Positions 48,546-61,845 are shown, counted from the first letter of the stretch. The stretch is 64,000 nt of DNA from Mustelus asterias (GCF_964213995.1 NW_027590498.1:186001-250000), one strand, 5' to 3'. The notes: generated from the letters alone by a model not told the origin. Program-made: numbers and translations.

Positions 48546-51229
48546 CCAGAGACATTCCCACCACCTCCCCCTGAATGGAATATTCCACACAACCCTCAGT
48601 TAACCAGGAAGGAGAAAAGAGAAAGGCTTTGACCTTTGGATGACCTCATCACCAACTACAGAAACCTTAAAGCTGACCATTCTGTAAAAGTTTGAAAACT
48701 TTATTTTTATAAAACACAGAGTAAGAAACAGGTGAAAAGTAACGATGGACGTTCCGACTGACATCAGAAACATTGATTGACCGGATAAACACTCACTACA
48801 TCACAGAGCGATCCTCAACCATTAAAGAATTGACCCACAATAAGGAATGAGAGAGCCTTATAAAAAGGGGCAGGAGTTTACACAGAGAGGTGACACCCAC
48901 AGCTGCTCAGGATGATGGAATTCAGTTCAGGAAGGGGATAAAGTGAGAAGCTTTTGTGATTCAAGACAGAAGTATTGAACAATCTGGAATCAGTGCTTCT
49001 CGAGTTTGCTGACCAGCCGAACACTTCAATTAATCTCATCATAAAAACTCCCAGTGTAAATAACATGGGTTTGACTGGCAAATGTTGAAGTGTTGATTTA
49101 GACCCACAAGTTTTGACTTCCCATTTGAGCCTGCGGCTCCTTTCTGTCTCTATTGCTCGTGTCAATGACAGCCAGGCGATGGAGCTGAGGGCTGAATTTA
49201 GCTGAGAATAATGAGGCCTGTGCCCCAGTTGGGAAACTGCCCTGGGCGTTGCACTAATAGAGAGACAGGAAGCTGCTGGAGAACTGACTGGGAAATGGGC
49301 CTCCAACCAATCGGGGCTTGGGAGGGGGGTGACCGAGGCTGATGGTGACGTGACCCCCGGGGTTCAGTGTCCCTGTGTCCAAAGCGGGGAGTCACAGGAA
49401 CAGGGGACAGAGGAGCTGAAGAAACACGATTTGTGTCCAGAACATTGTGAACATCCTTTTACTCTGGTTGTCTTTGATCTTCAAGTCATTTTCTGTTTGT
49501 TTTAACCATGTTCTGTTTCATTAATAAACTTTCATCAGTAAAAATATTTGATTTTTCTGGTCTTTTCCTGATGAGATTGATGCACTTTAGGGAAAGTGGG
49601 TGAGAGGGGTTGGCAGGCTCTTTAACAGAAAGTGAGCCTCTCTAAGGTAATTGGCAAAGGAGCCAGAGGGGGAGATGAGATTTTATTTTTGACTCAGTGA
49701 TGTTAGAAAATGGGGTTCAGGGAGTCAATTAACCCTTTCTCCCCTTTTCCCAAACTCTGAAATGATTGCCAGTGATAACCCTTATTGGTGACAGTGGTTA
49801 GATTTTATTCAGTATCAATAAGAGCTGACACAGGCTAATGTCTGAGCAGTCGTATCAAAGTGCAGCAGCATTACCATTACACTCTGGGTAGAAGCAGCAT
49901 CTCCACGGAAATGCTCCCTGCTCTGCCCCAGATGCCATGGCACCAGTCAATGCAATATGTAAAACCTCGACTAATCTCTGTGCTCGGGGAATCCCTTCTT
50001 ATACTTTGTTACAGCACAAAGTCTATGGAGACTGATTTAACCCAATCATTGCCCAGCTAACATTTGGACGGACCAATGACAAAACCTGTCATTGAACCAT
50101 CTGTATCCGCCCATGCCATGTCAAACTCTCAAACAATTGTCTTCCCACACTCCGTCCCTGGTACAGGGAGTCAGCATTCCCATGCCAAGTAGTGAAAACA
50201 TGGTGGCCTTGGCACACAGGTGTCATCCAGGATTCAAGGCACTCTTGTTTTCTCTGTCCTCCGGGAGCTGTTTATCTCCCTGTTCCCACACAGCAAGTCG
50301 TCTATTCTCAGCTCTGCTGGATTTCTGCTGAAGTTTTGCCCATTTTACACCTTTCGGATCAATAAAACATTTGGTCAAAGACCCAAACCACAATTTCCCA
50401 TCCTGTCACCTGTCAACCATCCTTACCCAGAGTGTAATCACAACAGGAATAAAAACAGGAGAAGTGTCACAATCAAATTCAAAATCAATGCACAGCCAGT
50501 CATAGAATTTAATTTAATGTTCCCTAATTAGCAAGAAAACCCGAAGGAGGGGGTCCCCCAGGATTCTTACAGTCCATACCTTGAGGGGGGAGAACTCTCT
50601 CTCTCTGACCCCTCACTCAATTTCACTCCGTTATTTTCCAGTTCTGTTCTGGCCCTGCCTGGGGTAACATCTACTCGATCTTTTCTTCTGAAGGAGCACC
50701 GTGAGTTCTAGGTTACGAGTACATAAGGACAGATGCTTCAAGCAACAGATCAAGCATGGATGCAAATGATTCTCCAGCTCTCCCTTTACCTGTATCCAAC
50801 TTGTGGATAGTTCTTACTCAGTATTATTTCTCCCAAGTGGCTAATTGTCCTAATCTATAATATTATCCATTTTACTTTAATTTTCCTCATGTGCAGTGTG
50901 TTTAATTGGACCCTGATTGTTTTGAACTCAGTTTCTCTCTGGACTGATTGATGATGTCTCAATGTTGTCTCCACCCCTGGCCACATGAACCATTTCATCT
51001 CCTGCTGTGTCTCAAGTAGCTGTGTGTGTTTGGGACCCGCTCTTCACTCCATCTCACCATGAATTTAGGCTTGCTATTTTTCACACGTAACAAATCACAT
51101 CTGTACACTCACTCCGGTGTCCCAAAATCATGTCACACATTCTTAACTCTCAGATATGTTGATGAAAAGATCAATATGTCTGTCTTTCTTATCTTCCCCT
51201 GTTATAGTGCTGATATTTCATATCGTGGC

Positions 51230-52870
51230 TGGGCTTTCAAATGTGGATTTCTTTTTAACAGAGTTCATGGACAATGATGTTAAAAGTTCCAAGAGAAAAT
51301 ATCCACCTCTTCATCCCATCTCACGTTTTAGAGGTGTTGATGGAAAGGAGGTCATTGATATTGTTAAATATCATAAGAATAAAAAAACTACAAATTCAGA
51401 CAATACTGAGATGTCAATCATTAAGCAGGTTATTGATTGTGGAGTAAAACCATTGACATATTTGCAACCGGTCTTTTCAAACTGGGCTATTTCCCTGTAA
51501 AATGAAAATAGACAAAGTTACTCCATGGTTTAAAGCTGGAGACAAATGTGATTTTACTAATTACAGGAGAGTGTCCTCACTTTTCTCGTTTTTCAGAGAA
51601 AAGGGAAGTCATTTGCTAAATGGTCTGATAATTCCATTGCTCAATGTAACTCACTGTGTAATAGTCAGACCAAGTCGGTCTATCTCATTATCACTGATGG
51701 AATTTGTGGAGAAAATGACGAATGCTGTGGACAAAAAGACAATTTACAATAGAGGTTTCTACTGATCTTACACAGATTTTGATACAATTGACCATGGAAT
51801 ATTACTTAAAACACTGGAAACATAAGGGATTTGGGGAGTAGTGAATAAGTGGCTCAGAAGTTATTTGGAAATCTCAACAATTTGTAACAGTAGACGATTG
51901 TGAATCAGATTTTGTGAATATTCTGTGTGGAGTCTCACAGGGATCTGTTTTGGGCCTTAAATTGTTTATGTTATATATTAATGACATTTGGAATGTATCA
52001 AAGTTATTACAATTAGTTTTGTTTGCAGATGATGCCAATACTTTTTATTCTGTGTGGGATCTTCAAGAGCTTATTGAAAGTGTTAGTGCTGAATTGGAGA
52101 AAATAAAAATATTGTTTGTCAAAAATGAATTGTGACTGACTTTGAGTGGAACGAAGTTTATGTTATTTGGTGAAGTAAATCCCTTGGTTAATATAATAAA
52201 CAATGGCAACATTTACAAAAATAGAAGAGGTGTCAGACCCCTCGGATGAAGGGTCATCGAGACTCAAAACGTTGGCTCTATTCTCTCCCCACAGACAATG
52301 TCAACATTTATTTATTCATGGGATGTGGGTGTTGCTGGGACAGCATTTATTGTCCATTCCTAATTGCCCTTGAACTGAGAGGGCAATTAAAGGTAACCAT
52401 GTTGCTGTGGATCTGGAGTTACATGTTGGTCAGACCAGATAAGGGGGTTGGCAGATTTGCTTCCCTAAAGGACATCAGTAAACCAGATGGGCTTTTATGA
52501 CAATCAACAATAGTTTCTAATCATCATTAGACATGTAATCCTAGATTTTCATCTAATTTATAATTCACCATTTGCCACAATAGGATTCGAACCTGGGTCC
52601 CCGGAGCATTACCCTGAGTCTCTGGGTCACTCGTCCTGTGACACTGCCACTACACCATCGCCGCCCCAATATGGAAATATAGTTCTGGGTGTTCTCCTAG
52701 ACCATATCTTTTGTTGGAAACCACACATACAATATATTAAAACAAAATAATCAAAGAGTATTGAAATTCTGAGTAAAACTAAATTTATATTGGATCCACA
52801 GTCATTGTATATTTTGTATTGTTCATTTGAGATGATTCTTCAGAGGTTTGGGGAAACGTTATAAAGCATG
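51230..52870 (+). mobile_element. Ancient AT-rich non-LTR RT fragment (L2/Crack/Daphne group), interrupted
   Basis: KIDKVTPWFKAGDKCDFTNYRRVS; DL.QIFDTIDHGILL; CGVSQGSVLGLKLFMLYINDI...LFADDAN. Confidence 0.85.
52305..52668 (-). mobile_element. Third tRNA-SINE family
   Basis: Reverse B box GGATTCGAACC at about 52583 and family body. Confidence 0.8.
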
Positions 52871-52877
52871 AATATTT

Positions 52878-53177
52878 GGGCAACATGGCGGCACTGTGGT
52901 TAGCAGTGCTGCCTCTCAGTGCCAGGGACCCAGGTTTGATTCCTGGCTTCGGTCACTGTGTGGAGTCTGCACATTCTCCTTGCGTCTGTGTGGATTTCCT
53001 CCGGGTGCTCCAGTTTCCTCCCACTGTCCGAAAGACGTGCTGGTTAGGTGCATTGGCCATGCTAAATTCTCCCTCAGAGTCACCAAACAGGTGCTGGGTT
53101 GTGGCAACTAAAGGATTTTCACAGTAACTTCATTGCAGTGTTAATGTAAGCCTGTTTGTGACACTAATAAATAAACA
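52878..53177 (+). mobile_element. V-SINE, type 2 tail
   Basis: Head, V domain and type 2 tail. Confidence 0.9.
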
Positions 53178-53219
53178 TACTATTATAATGTCATGTTCAA
53201 AATAAAGAAATCAGTTCAG

Positions 53220-53545
53220 TGTAACTTAGGTAAGGGGCCCATTAACTACTCCCACAAGAGACCTCGTACCTTTAACATTTCTTATCTCAACCCAAACCGA
53301 TCCTTCATCCTGATCTTTCAGGCTAAGGTGGTAGCTCTGTACTGAACTAATGTCATTGTTAATTAATGGGAGATCCTATCACCTTTTCCGAACTTGCTGC
53401 CATTCCATTATGTCAAATACCCTTCAATATTTAGATCCCAGCCTCCGTAACCTTTCAACTAAGTCTCTGTAATGTCTATCAGGACACACACATTTATCTC
53501 CATCCGCCCTGACAATTCATCCTTTTTGTTACAAATGCTGTGTGC
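53220..53545 (-). mobile_element. Decayed CR1 endonuclease N-terminus
   Basis: Reverse translation DELSGRMEINVCVLIDITET*L..GWDLNIEGY resembles CR1 ITETWL...WELNI.GY. Confidence 0.6.
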
Positions 53546-54042
53546 ATTTTCAGAGATTCAATAATCTAATAGGGATTTAATGTGAAACCTCTTTACCAGC
53601 GAGTGGTGAGAATGTGGAACTCACTACCACAGCGAGTGGTTGAGGTGAACAGCATGAATACATTGAAGGGGAAGCTGGATACATACATGAGGGAGAGAGG
53701 AATAGAAGGATACGCTGATGGGGGGTGAGTGGAGCTCATGTGGAGCATAAATACTGACACAGACCAATTGGGCTGACTGGCCTGGCCCTGTGCTGTAGAC
53801 TCAATGGAACAGAGACAAATGTATTTATTTCAGATCTACCTGTAGCGTTAGGAAAAACACTATTTACTCTCCAGGATAAATAAATGTCCCTCATCAGCTT
53901 TTGTGGATCATTTCAGTGGAAATGTGCTCTCCCAGGCTCAAAGAGCATCAGCCCACTGGAAACAAAGTCATGAGACCGGCCAGTCCAGCAGAAAGAACCC
54001 CTCCGACCCTCCCATTTCATCACCTGTCAGAATGAACATGGT

Positions 54043-55011
54043 TCAGTCCTGGGTGTGATTAACAGCAGAATCCAATGCTTGGAATCGCTTGTGAATTCTC
54101 TGGTGTCTCAGCAGGTGGGATGATCGTGTGAATCCCTTTCCACATTCAGTGCAGGTAAATGGTCGCTCCCCAGTGTGAAGTCGCTGGTGTGTCAGCAGGT
54201 TAGATAATCGACTGAATCCCTTCTGACACACAAAGCAGTTAAATGGCCTCTCCCCAGTGTGAACTCGCTGGTGTGAAATCAGGTTGGACGAATCACTGAA
54301 TCCCTTGCTGCACATTGAGCAGGTAAATGGCCTCTCCCCGGTGTGGACTCGCTGGTGTGTCTGCAGGCTAGATGCCTGACTAAATCCCTTTCCACACAGT
54401 AAGCAGGTGAACGGCCTCTCCCCAGTGTGAGTTCGCTGGTGTGAAAACAGGTTGGATGAATCACTGAATCCTTTACCACACTCAAAGCAGGTGAAGGAAG
54501 CCTCCCCAGTGTGAAGTTGCTGGTGTCTCAGCAGGTTGGCGGAGTTAGTGAATCCCTTCCCACACACAGAGCAGGGAAATGGCCTCTCTCCGGTGTGAAC
54601 TCGCTGGTGTGAATACAGGTTGGATGACTGAGCAAATCCTTTACCACACATGGAGCAGACAAACGGCCTCTCCCCAGTGTGAACTCTCTGGTGTGTCTGC
54701 AGTGTGGATGAATCGCTGAATCCCTTCTCACACACGGGGCAAGTGAATGGCCTCTCTCCATTGTGAACTCGCTGGTGTATCAGCAAGTGCGATGACTGAG
54801 TGAATCCCTTCCCACACTGAGAGCAGGTGAATGGCCTCTCCCCAGTGTGAACTCGCTGGTGTGTCAGCAAGATTGATAACCGAGTGAATCCTTTCCCACA
54901 ATTGGAGCAGGTGAATGGCCTCTCCCCGGTGTGACTGCGTCGATGAATTTCCAGCACTGATGGGGAACGGAATGACTTTTCACAGTCCTCACATTTCCAT
55001 GGTTTTTCCAT
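54043..55011 (-). CDS. ZNF-H: C2H2 zinc-finger protein, 11 fingers plus C-terminal tail [14 protein letters not shown]
   Basis: Intact 322-aa ORF from [10 protein letters not shown]; acceptor at 55239-40. Confidence 0.94.
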   Translation of the reverse strand: MEKPWKCEDCEKSFRSPSVLEIHRRSHTGERPFTCSNCGKGFTRLSILLTHQRVHTGERPFTCSQCGKGFTQSSHLLIHQRVHNGERPFTCPVCEKGFSDSSTLQTHQRVHTGERPFVCSMCGKGFAQSSNLYSHQRVHTGERPFPCSVCGKGFTNSANLLRHQQLHTGEASFTCFECGKGFSDSSNLFSHQRTHTGERPFTCLLCGKGFSQASSLQTHQRVHTGERPFTCSMCSKGFSDSSNLISHQRVHTGERPFNCFVCQKGFSRLSNLLTHQRLHTGERPFTCTECGKGFTRSSHLLRHQRIHKRFQALDSAVNHTQD

Positions 55012-55499
55012 GATCCGTGTGTCTTTCTGTCTCTCCTGCAGTTTTCACAATACGTGCACTGGAACACCGTCACTCGGGTTGCACGGGCCTCGATGCTTTT
55101 CTGTTCACACCAATGGTTCACCCAATTCAAACAGCTATACGTTTCTTCTTCCAGATTCAAACCGATGACATTCAGCTGCCATGAATTGAGTGACTGTTAG
55201 ATCTTGACATTTCTATCAGTAAATCCTCTCCTAATATCCTGTAAAAAGAATTTACAAAAGTCATCACTGTCAGAACAAGATAGAAATTCAGTACAGACAA
55301 TTCTAATTCATGTGGAACTCTGCAAAGGATGTCAATATCTTTAAGAGAGAGAGAAACCTGGGCCAACCTTTCCAGAGTCTGCAACCTCCCTCGATTCACT
55401 TCCTTTCCCTTCAGTTGCTGCAAGTCCCCAATTTCCCCCAGAATGAGAAAAGAAATGGAAAGGGGGAAACATTGATTTCCTCCCAGATGTTGCCCAGAA

Positions 55500-55950
55500 G
55501 AGGGAGTTTCACTGAGTCTGAATCTGAATCAATCGAGCTTCCGCATTGTGACGTCCACAATGGAGCCTGCCTGAATGAGCCAATAAGAATCAGTCTCTTC
55601 CGCAATGACGTCATGGTGTTCCAGTGCGCAGGCCCGGGCGCGCGGACCCGGGAGCCCCGCCCCCACCCATTGTTCCCTCTCCCCCTGCACCTCTTCCAGG
55701 CAACCGGCTGGCGGCTCCGGCCAGAGCGAGAAGCCGCTCGGTGATCTCCCCCTCCCCCCGGCCCGGGGATCGCGCATGTCCAAGGGAGAGGGGAAACTGC
55801 GCATGTGCGAGGTAGCCCGCCTCCTGACCTTCATGCTAGGGTGTTGACCAATGGGAAGAGTTGGAGGACCGGAAGGACTCTGGTCCTCCAGCCAATCAGG
55901 TCTTTGTGACACTCAGATTGAGCTGCACACAGACTGAAACTTCCTCCTGT
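55500..55950. promoter_or_regulatory. Bidirectional CpG promoter cassette type II between ZNF-H (-) and ZNF-I (+)
   Basis: Colinear with 42620-43140; perfect CRE ATGACGTCAT at about 55605, CCAAT boxes, GCGCATG motifs; inverted arms 55322-55495 and 56230-56370. Confidence 0.8.
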
Positions 55951-56364
55951 CGGAAGGGAGTTATTTGAGATGATATGGATTACAGCTTCATATCCCAGAT
56001 GAAGCGAGGTACCTAATTATGTTTTATTCTCCAAACAAGCGATCAGATGACATCGAACTCTGGCGGATAACTAATTTATCACTTATTTCCTTAAAAGAGG
56101 CCAACATCTAGCTCTTATTTTGTACTTTGATTTTTGTTCGGGTTGTTCCCCCTCCTTTTGGGGAGCTGCCCCTTTTACTTTGTCCTGATTTAAGTTGAGT
56201 TTGTTCATTTGTTTTGACCTAAAAGAGGCCAACATCTGTGAGTTTCTTTTCTCATTCTGGGGGAAATTGGGGACTTGCAGCAACTGAAGGGAAAGGAAGT
56301 GAATCCAGGGAAGCTGCAGACTCTGGAAAGGTTGGCCCAGGTCTCTCTCTCTCTCTTAAAGACA

Positions 56365-56830
56365 TTGACATAGAAACATAGAAGGTAGGAGTAGGAGGAG
56401 GCCATTTGGCCCTTCGAGCCTGCTCCGCCATTCATTACGATCATGGCTGATCATCCAACTCAGTAGCCTAATCCTGCTTTTTCCCCATAACCTTTGATCC
56501 TATTCGCTCCCAGTGCTTTATCCAGCCACCTCTTGAATACATTCAATGTTTTGGCATCAATTACTTCCTGTGGTAATAAATTCCACAGGGTCACTACTCT
56601 TTGGGTGAAGAAATGTCTTCTCAAATCCGTCCTAAATGGTCTACCCTGAATCCTCAGACTGTGACCCCTGGTTCTGGACTCCATCGCAAACATCCTCCCT
56701 GCATCTATCCTGTCTCGACCTGTTAGAATTTCATAAGTCTCTTTGAGATTCCCCCCTCATTCATCTGAACTCCAGCGAAAACAATCCAAACCCAGTCAGT
56801 CTCTCCTCATACATCAGTCCTGCGATTCCC
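56365..56830 (-). mobile_element. CR1 3' fragment replacing the ZNF-I intron and acceptor
   Basis: RGHSLRIQGRPFRTDLRRHFFTQRVVTLWNLLP; abuts the ZNF leader at 56831. Confidence 0.88.
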
Positions 56831-56982
56831 TGAGTGTTCCAGTGACCCGACTATGGAAAGAGCTTTAACCAGTTACACAGCCTGAAAAAACATACCATTC
56901 ACAGTGCGGAGAAATGTACATGTGTTTTGTGTGAGGCTCCAACTGATCGTCCAATCTGGAGAGACAAATGAATAACTGAATC

Positions 56983-58161
56983 ATGGAGAAAGCATGGACA
57001 TATGATGATTGTGGGATGGGATTAATGTTCCCATTTGAACTGGGAAATGATCAATGCAGTCACACTGCGGAGGGACCGTTCACCTTCTCCATGTGTGGAG
57101 ATGGATTTACTCAGTTATCCAGTCTGTCGACACACCAGCCAGTTCATTCCGGGGAGAGGCCGTTCAGATGCTCCATGTGTGGGAAGGAATTTGCTGACTC
57201 ATGTGACCTGCTGGCGCATGAGCAAGTTCACACTGAGGAGAGCGCATTCACCAGGACTGTGTGAGGCAACGAATTCACTCAGTCATGCCAGCTCACTGAA
57301 CATCAACATGTACACAGTGATCAGAGACTTTTTTAATGTTCTGACTGTGAGAAGAGCTTTAAAAGCAAAAAATATCTGCAAATACACCAACGACTTCACA
57401 GTGGGGAGAGACTGCTCAGCTGCTCTGAGTGTGGGAAGAGATTCGTTCAGTCATCTCAGTTGCTAATACACCAGCGAAGTCACAGTGGGGTGAGGCCATT
57501 CACCTGCTCTGTGTGTGGAAAGGGATTCACTCAACCATACCACCTTCGGACACACCAGCGAGTTCACACTGGGGAGAGGCCGTTCATCTGCTCTGAGTGT
57601 GGCAAGAGATTCATTCAGTCATCCCACCTTGTGACACACCAGCAGGTTCACACTGGGAACAGACCATTCATCTGCTCTGAGTGTGGGAAGGGATTCACTC
57701 ACTCACATCAGCTTCTGTTGCACCAGCGAATTCACACTGGGGAGAGGCCGTTCACCTGCTCCATGTGTGCTAAGGGATTCATTCAGTCATCAGATCTACT
57801 GGTGCACCAGCGAGTTCATACTGGAGAGAGACCATTCACCTGCTCCGTATGTGGGAAAAGATTCTCTCAGACATCGCAACTCCTGAAACACCAGCAAGTT
57901 CACACTGGAGAGAGGCCATTCACCTGCTCCGTATGTGGGAAAAGATTCCCTCAGTCATCGCAACTCCTGAAACACCAGCAAGTTCACACTGGGGAGAGGC
58001 CGTTCACCTGCTCTGACTGTGGGAAGGGATTCACTCAGTCATCCCATCTGCTGAGACACCAGCGAGTTCACACTGGTGAGAGGCCGTTCACCTGCTCAAT
58101 GTGTGGGAAGGGATTCACTCAGTCATCCAGCCTGCTGACACACCAGCGAGTTCACAAATGA
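56983..58161 (+). pseudogene. ZNF-I: decayed N-terminal fingers followed by 10 intact fingers (57338-58161)
   Basis: MEKAWTYDDC (degenerate start), stop at 57262, TAA at about 57335, then a clean TGERPF array with no upstream ATG. Confidence 0.82.
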
Positions 58162-58879
58162 CTGCAAGAATTAGATTCTGATTTTATTGCTGCTGTTAAT
58201 CATATTGAAGACTAAATGTGTGGGTTAATCTTGAGATGTGTAAGAAAGCCACTCTCTTCCATGGTTCAGAGCTCCTAGGTATGGAACAGAAGCTCTTTAC
58301 AACTGTGTTTAGAGTCAGGAAGAACAACGGTGAATGCTGGAAACGTGCTGTCAAATCAGAGATTGGTGCAAAACTGGGATCTGTTCCTGACTGAAAGTAA
58401 AACGGCAGGTTTAACTTTACAGTCTGAAAATAGTACGAAGATTGAAAATGTTTGTGTGACATTCCTGAACCTACCAATGTAAGGTAATGATAACATCAAA
58501 TTACATTTCTAGCTGGAACCTTTGGCCATCTCTCACTTTCCATTGACTTCACTGTGATAGAAACTGACTGTTGAAATCTGTTAACATTAGAAACCTATTT
58601 ATAAATAATTTGAGGGTTCTTTACCATTGGGATCTTTCTCTGTTCTCTCCACTCAAGGTATTAGATACCAGACTTTCTCCTGTGAGTATCCAGCTGGAGT
58701 ATTGGGCTCTGATGTGTTTCTTTGTTCATCTTATTGACTCTAAATATTGAACCTTGTGGTTTCAGCCGCTGATAATCAAGCTCCCAACAACAGATTGTCT
58801 TTTACTGACTTTATTAACAGCGCTGCAATAATACAGACAGAGTAATTCCTCACATGGTTCCAGTACTCAGTGAAATACT

Positions 58880-59262
58880 TTTTTAAAATTCATTCATGGG
58901 ATGTGGATGTCACTGACTTGGCCAGCATTTATTACCCACCCTAATTACCCTTGAACTGAGCGGATTGCTCGGCCATTGCAGAGGGCATTTAAGAGTCAAC
59001 CACATTGCTGTGGATCTGGAGTCAAAGATGTGCCAGGCCAGGTAAGGACGGCAGATTTCCTTCCCTAAACACATTAGTGAACCAGATGGGTTTTTTTTAC
59101 AACAATCGACAACAGTTTCATGGTCATGAGACTTTTAACTCCAGATTTTTATTGGATTCAGATTTCACCACCTGCCGTGGTGGGATTCGAACCCTGGTCC
59201 CTGAAGTATTACCTGGGACTCTTGATTACTAGTCCAGCGACAATATCACTCTGCCACTGCCT
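58880..59262 (-). mobile_element. Third tRNA-SINE family, full length
   Basis: Reverse complement of 32158-32515. Confidence 0.85.
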
Positions 59263-59929
59263 GCCTTTTATATGAAATTTATCTGCATCTCCGAGCCTGT
59301 AATGGTGTATTGGTCTGTAATTTTAACATAATCTAATTCAATATTCCTTCTTTAATATCCTGTTTACCACTTTCCTGTTACCTGATGAATTTGTTAATTG
59401 TTATTATCACTGGATTGTCACAGTTTCCATGTGCTTAACATGATTATTTAGTCTGTACCTGAATTTTATGATTTTTTGATGTAAGTTACAAAGCAATTCA
59501 GCCTTTTGGCTGTGATCCTGTTTCTTGAATGAAATATCATTAGATTTAAAAAGTTACCCAGTCTGGAGAACAGAGATAATACAGTGGATTCAGAATTCTC
59601 TCCTCCCCAGCTCTGATCTAACAAGCTGCAGCTACACTGGAAATATTTATATTTAAATTGTTCACGACAGTTGTGATCTGACCCTGTTCAAACCAGAACC
59701 AGAATGATATCTGTGCATTGTTCTGAGAGTGGGCACAAGACTGTGTCACTGTCACAAACAGATACCATTTCCTTGGTTCACATCTCCACACAAAGACCAG
59801 CTCTTTACACATCCCCTTTCTGCACAATCACAGCAACATGAGCAAGGATATGAGGCTCATTACTTTTCACCCACATTTCATAACAGCAAAGGCTCCACAG
59901 TACAGGAGCACACTGACCGGAGAAGAGTC

Positions 59930-60732
59930 TAATCAGCCTGCAGGCTCCTGTTAAATACAGAGCAGCAGAGGAACACACTGACAGTGTAACACAGTCTCAT
60001 CAGCCTGCAGGCTCCTGTTAAATACAGAGAAGTACAGGTACACACTGACAGTGTAACACAGTCTCATGAGCCTGCAGGTCCCTGTTAAATACAGAGAAGT
60101 GCAGGAACAGGTATTCAAGAGGTGGCTGGATATAGCCCTTGGGGCGAATGTGATCAAAGGTTATGGGGAAACAGCAGGATTAGGCTATTGAGTTAGATGA
60201 TCAGCCTTGATCATAAAGAATGGTGGAGCAGGCTCGAAGGGGCAAGTGGGCTCCTCCTGCTCCTATCTTCTATGTTTCTATTAACACACTGACTGTGTAA
60301 CACTGTCTCATCAGCCTGCAGGCTCCTGTTAAATACAGGGCAGTACAGCAGCACACTGACAGTGTAAGAGTCTCATTAGTCTGCAGGCTCCTATTAAATA
60401 CAGAGCAGTACAGCAGCACACTGACAGTGTAATACTGTCTCATCAGCCTGCAGGTTCCTGTTAAATACAGAGCAGTACAGCAGCACACTGACAGTTAACA
60501 CTGTTTCATGAGCCTGCAGGTTACTGTTAAAAACAGAGAAGTGCAGGAACACACTGACAGTGTAACACAATCTCATCAACCTGCAGGTTCCTGTTAAATA
60601 CAGAGCAGCAGAGGAACACACTGACAGTGAACACTGTCTCATCAGGCTGCAGGCTCCTGTTAAATACAGAGCAATACAGGAACACACTGACAGTGTTACA
60701 CTGTCTCATCAGCCTGCAGGCTCCTGTTAAAT
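59930..60732. repeat. About 67-bp palindrome-rich minisatellite, about 10 units, interrupted by a CR1 3' end (60110-60282)
   Basis: Unit CAGCCTGCAGGCTCCTGTTAAATACAGAGCAGTACAGGAACACACTGACAGTGTAACACTGTCTCAT at 59934, 60001, 60068, 60312, 60377, 60444, 60510, 60577, 60643 and 60710. Confidence 0.95.
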
Positions 60733-61311
60733 TTGCTGAGACGATTTCAATTGAAACCAGGTTTGCAGGCATCATGTTCCATTCACATGTCAAAGAAGAG
60801 AGAGATGTTTTGGGACAGGGGTGAAGTCCAAGAGTCAAAAACAACAAACAAACTTGGTTTTAGCTTTACTGATCACAGGACTGTGACCGATAACTTCCCT
60901 GGATCCCAGCGCCAGGAGAGACACTCTGGAAAATATGGGGAGCTGAGAATTGTCCACGAGAATAACCGAAGGCGTGAGAACTGAAATAATTGAGAGTTCG
61001 AAATGAGAAAAGGCCCCAAAATGAAGCTGGTAGCAGGACATCAATTCGTCTCCTCTTCCATTGGAGAAATATTAACACAGCACTGCGCATTTCCATAAAA
61101 ACTGACTTAGTGACATTTATCTAGAATATCAATAACTCCTATAACAGGGTTGGAGTTTAACATGAGCAGAAACACACAATGGAAGTGATTGACAGAATCC
61201 CACCCTTGCACAGAAACTTACTGATGTCTCAATAGGTGTTGTGACTGAATAAGTCCCTTCCCACTGACAGAGCAGATGAATGCATTGGCGTGTCTGCAAC
61301 TCACTCTTCTC

Positions 61312-61845
61312 TCATTCGTAATGTTTAAAAAGTAATTTTTCAGTGTGAACATGTTGATGCAAACTGAGTGTGTCTAACCGAGTGAATTCCTTCCCACACT
61401 TGGAGCAAGGGAACGGCCTCTCCCCAGTGTGAACTCGCTGGTGCCTCAGCAGGGTGGATGACTGAATTAATCCTTTCCCACACACTGAGCAGGTGAACGG
61501 CCTTTTTCCTGTGTGAGTCTGCTGGTGTCTCATCAGTGTGGCTGACTGAGTGAATCCCTTCCCACACACAGAGCAGATGAATGGCCTCTCTCCAGTGTGA
61601 GTGTGTTGGTGTTGTTTCAAGTGCTTTTTGCTCTTAAAGCTCTTCTCACAGTTGGAACATTTTAAATGTCTCTTATTGGAATGAGAGCGTTGGTGTGACT
61701 GCAGGTGTTGTGACTGAACAAAACCTTTTCCACACACACAGCAGATGAACGGTCTCTCTCCTGTGTGACTGCGACGATGAGTTTCAAGATGGGAAGGATA
61801 ATTGAATCCCTTCCCACAATCCTCACATTTCCACGGTTTCTCCAT
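61312..61845 (-). CDS. ZNF-J: C2H2 zinc-finger protein, 6 fingers (relic fingers continue to about 61200)
   Basis: Open 177-aa ORF from [12 protein letters not shown]; acceptor at 62168-69. Confidence 0.82.
   Translation of the reverse strand: MEKPWKCEDCGKGFNYPSHLETHRRSHTGERPFICCVCGKGFVQSQHLQSHQRSHSNKRHLKCSNCEKSFKSKKHLKQHQHTHTGERPFICSVCGKGFTQSATLMRHQQTHTGKRPFTCSVCGKGLIQSSTLLRHQRVHTGERPFPCSKCGKEFTRLDTLSLHQHVHTEKLLFKHYE

Noticed and set aside
55255-55310. C/D-box snoRNA in the conserved intron end (GTGATGA, CTGA)
   Set aside because: Boxes are in the wrong order, and CTGAC is better explained as the branch point.
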